Shown piece after piece: positions 60,237 through 64,000 of a stretch of DNA of 64,000 bases (its first letter is position 1; each line of letters starts with the position of its first letter). This DNA is from Hemiscyllium ocellatum (Eukaryota). The notes below the pieces were generated by a model, which was not told the origin of the DNA, ran no database searches, and worked only from the letters and a program-made list of their open reading frames with translations. The DNA lies in the NCBI RefSeq assembly GCF_020745735.1, contig NC_083409.1, positions 64,810,048 to 64,874,047 on the forward strand. The letters are read 5' to 3'. Position numbers and translations under genes: made by a program.

Positions 60237-63200
60237 TGAGCTTGCAGCTTGGATAGGTACCTGGGACTTTGATGTTGTGGCCATTTTGAAGACATGGATA
60301 GAGCAGGGTGAGGAATGGATGTTGCAGGTTCCAGGGTTTAGAACTTTCATTAAAAACAAGCAAGGCGTTAAAAGAGGGGGAGGTCACACTGCTTGGGAGT
60401 TTTGTTTATAGGCCTCCACAGAGTGCCGGGGAGATGGCAGAGAGGATTAGCAAAATTATTCTGAATAGGAGTGAAAGGAACAGGGTGGTCATTATAGGGG
60501 ACTTTAACTTCCCCAACATTGACTGGAAATGCTACAACTCTAGTACATCGGATGGATAAGTTTTTGTCCAATGTGGACAGGAGGGGTTCCTGACACAGTA
60601 TGTTGAAGGGCCGACAAGAAGGAAGGCCACACTGGATCTGGTGCTTGGTAATGAACCAGGCCAGGTGTTTGATTTAGTTGTAGGTGAGCACTTTGGAGAC
60701 AGTGACCGTAATTCAGTTACGTTTAGTTTAGCGATGGAAAGGGATAGGTACATGCTACAGGTCAAGAGCAATTATAATGCGACTAGACAAGAATTAAGAT
60801 GCATAGAGTGGGGTAGCAAAATGCAGGGGCTGCAGACTACTGAAATGTGGAGCTGGTTTAAGGAATAGCTACTGCGTGTCCTTGATAGGTATGACCCTAT
60901 CAGGCAGGGAGAAAGTGATAAAGCAAGGGAACCATGGTTTACTACAGAAATTGCATCTCTTGTTAAGCAGAAGAAGGAAGCTTATGTGTTGATGAGGCAA
61001 GATGGTACAGATGAGGTGATAGAAAGTTATAGATCAGCCAGGAAGGATTTAAAGAGAGAGTTAAGAAGAGTAAAGAGAGGACATGAGCAGTCATTAGCAA
61101 ATAGAATAAAGGAGAACCCTAAAGTTTTCTATAGGTATGAGAGGAATAAAAGGATGATTAGGGTAGGAATTCCGCAGAAATCTTTCCCTCCGGGCCAACC
61201 TAGTCCACTCCTCCATCACCCCTAACACCTCTCCGATCACACATGGCACCTTCCCATGCAATCGCAGAAGGTGCAACACCTGCCCGTTTACCTCTTCCAT
61301 GCTCACCATCCAAGACCCCAAACACTCATTTCAGATTATGCAACGTTTCACTTGTACCTCTTTCAATTTGGTCTACTGCATTCGTTGCCCCCAATGTCAG
61401 AGAGACAAAATGCCGACTGGGTGATCGCTTTGCTGAGCGCCTTCGGTCAGTACGCACCTTCCCGTGACTTGCCACTTCAACACACAATCCTGCTCCCGTG
61501 CCCACATGTCTGTCCTTGACCTGCTGCAATGTTCTAGTGAAGCTCAACACAAACTGGAGGAACAGCAACTCATCTTCTGACTAGGCACATTACAGCCTAC
61601 TGGTCTCAACATTGAATTCAACAACTTCAGATGATGATCTCATCTTGACCCCTCTGTTTTCATTCTGCTCCGTAATTTTAATTCATTTTTAAAAAAATTT
61701 TTTTTTTTCACTGTTATGTACCTCTTATTTCTTGATTGTCTCTCTTTCTCTCGGTCCCCACTCTCTCATCACCTTTTTCCTCTCCTCTTTCCCATTTGCT
61801 ACCCTTCTTCCCTGTTTTCCATTTTGCCTCTGCTTCACCCATCCCCCTCCATCCCTCACATATTTTGTCACATAGCACTGGCTTCAGCCCTGGTCATTCA
61901 CAGCTCCTAATCTCCCTATAATCTCTCTATGCACTATTATCACCTCTTTATTGCTACCTTTGCTTCTGGAGCCATGACCTACATTCTCTCAGCCTAGTAT
62001 AAATACCTCCCTATTTCTCCTTTTTTTTAGCTTTGACAAAGGGTCAGTTAGACTCGAAACGTCTGCTCTTTTCTCTCCTTCCAGATGCTGCCAGACTCGC
62101 TGAGATTTTCTAGCATTTTCTCTTTGTTGGTTTCAGATTCCAGCATCCACAGTAATTTGCTTTTATTTAGGGTAGGAATAGGGCCAGTCAAAGACAGAAG
62201 TGAGAGGTTGAGTGTGGGCCCTGTCGAGATCAGAGAGATGCTAAATGAACATTTCTCATCGGTGTTCACTCAGGAAAAGGAGAATATTGTGGAGGAAAAG
62301 AATGAGGTACGAGATATTAGACTAGGAAGGATTGAGGTTAGTTATGCACAGGTGTTATCAATTCTAGAAGGGAAATCCCAAGTCCCCTGGGTCGGATGGA
62401 ATTTATCTGAGGATTCTCTGGGAAGCTAGGGAGGAGGTAGCAGAGCCGGTGGCTTTGATATTTGAGTCGTCATTGTCTATAGATTTAGTATCTGAGGACT
62501 GGAGGATTGCAAATGTTGTACCATTGTTCAAGAAAGGCATCAGAGATGACCCAGGTAATTATAGACCAGTCAGCCTTACTTCTGTTGTAGGAAAGGTTTT
62601 GGAAAGGATTACAAGAGATCAGATTTATAATCATCTAGCAAGCAACAATTTGATTTCAGATAGTCAACATGGTTTTGTCAAGGGCAGGTCGTGTCTCACA
62701 AACCTCATTGAGTTTTTTGAGAAGGCAGCCAAGCGTGTAGATGAGGTAGGGCAGTTGACGTGGTATACATGTACTTCAGTAAAGCCTTTGATAAGGTTCC
62801 ATGTGGTAGGCTGATGGAGAAAATGCAGAGGCATGGAATTGAGGGATAATCCAAATTTAGCAGTTTAGATTAGAAACTGGCTTTCTGGAAGAAGGCAGCG
62901 AGTGGTGGTTGATGGAAAATATTCAGTCTGGAGTCCAGTTACTAATGGTGTGCCACAAAGATTTGTTTTAGGACCACTGCTGTTTGTCATTTTTATAAAT
63001 GACTTAGACGCAGGCATAGGTGGATGGATTAGTAAATTTGCAGATGACACTAAAGTCGGTGGAGTAGTGGACAGTTTGGAAGAATGTTACAGATTACAGG
63101 GGGACTTGGATAAACTGCAGAATTGGGCTAAGAGGTGGCAAATGGAGTTCAATGCAGATAAATGTGAGGTGATGTACTTTGAGAAGAATAACAGGAAGGC

Positions 63201-63935
63201 AGAATACTGGGTAAATGATTCTTGGTAGTGTGGATATGCAGAGGGATCTTGGAGTCCATATGCATAGATCCCTGAAAGTTGCCACCCAAGCGGATAGTGC
63301 TGTTAAGAAGGCATATGGTATGTTAGGTTTCATTGGTAGAGGGATTGAGTTCTGGAATCGCAATATCATGCTGCAACTATACAAAACGCTGGTGCGGCCA
63401 CACTTGGAATATTGTGTACAGTTCTGGTCTCCCCATTACAGGAAGGATGTGGAAGCATTGGAAAAGGTGCAGAGGAGATTTACCAGGATGTTGCCTGGTC
63501 TGGAAGGAAGGTCTTATGAGGAAAGGCTGAGACACTTGGGTCTGTTCTTATTGGAAAGGCGGCAGCTAAGGGGGGGATTTGATAGAGACATACAAGATGA
63601 TCAGAGGATTAGATACAATAGACAGTGAAATATCTTTTCCTAGGATGATGATGTCAGCTTGTACAAGAGGGCATAACTACAAATTGAGGGGTGATAGATT
63701 TAAGACAGATGTTAGAGGAAGGTTCTTTACGCAGAGAGTGGTAAGGGCATGGAATGCCTACCTGCTAATGCAGTCAACTCAGCCACATTAGGGAGATTTA
63801 AACAATCCTTAAATAAGCACATGGATGATTTTGGGTTAGTGTAGGGGGACGAGTTGAGAATAGTTCACAGGTCGGCACAACATCAAGGGCCAAAGACCCT
63901 GTTCTGCGCTGTATTGTTCTAAGCTCTACGTTCTA
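60237..63935 (+). mobile_element. CR1-clade LINE of the same subfamily as 53070-56495 (copy B), with a nested Penelope fragment
   Basis: [51 protein letters not shown]; 3' tail homologous to copy A. Confidence 0.93.
61171..62166 (+). mobile_element. Penelope-like element 3' fragment (GIY-YIG remnant plus terminal repeat) nested in CR1 copy B
   Basis: CRRCNTC-like zinc-knuckle and ETKCRLGDRFAE remnants; tail ...CTCGAAACGTC...CCAGCATCCACAGTAATTTGCTTTTAT; TSD TTAGGGTAGGAAT at 61158-61170 and 62167-62179. Confidence 0.85.
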
Positions 63936-64000
63936 AATAAGTTTGATGTATCAATGGGTTGGTTCAGTTTGGCCAATTTTATGGAATGGTAACCAGAAGA

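Overview
Vertebrate genomic DNA, almost certainly from a shark or other elasmobranch (HE1/V-SINEs, HER1/CR1 LINEs, Penelope-derived repeats). The only cellular gene I can support is MYSM1 (histone H2A deubiquitinase; SANT-SWIRM-MPN/JAMM) on the minus strand. Its last 14 coding exons run from 58188 down to the stop at 6604 and splice into one open frame of 2145 nt (714 aa + stop). The first exons lie beyond the right edge of the window. One intron uses a GC donor, and the 3'UTR is probably about 5.3 kb. The introns are packed with retroelements. The most unusual observations: (1) a TSD-flanked, poly(A)-tailed 1.65-kb L1 with an intact ORF1 and no ORF2 (half-L1/HAL1-like); (2) Penelope-derived insertions, many carrying minimal hammerhead-ribozyme cores and several forming fold-back palindromes up to about 600 bp; (3) two different Penelope-derived inserts at the same site (TAGGGTAGGAAT) in two separate CR1 copies; (4) those two CR1 copies form a roughly 2.8-kb inverted pair around the in-frame SANT exon; (5) an unclassified 280-bp fold-back next to the large exon. 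Most short ORFs in the supplied track are repeat fragments or noise. Family names come from recognition, not database searches.
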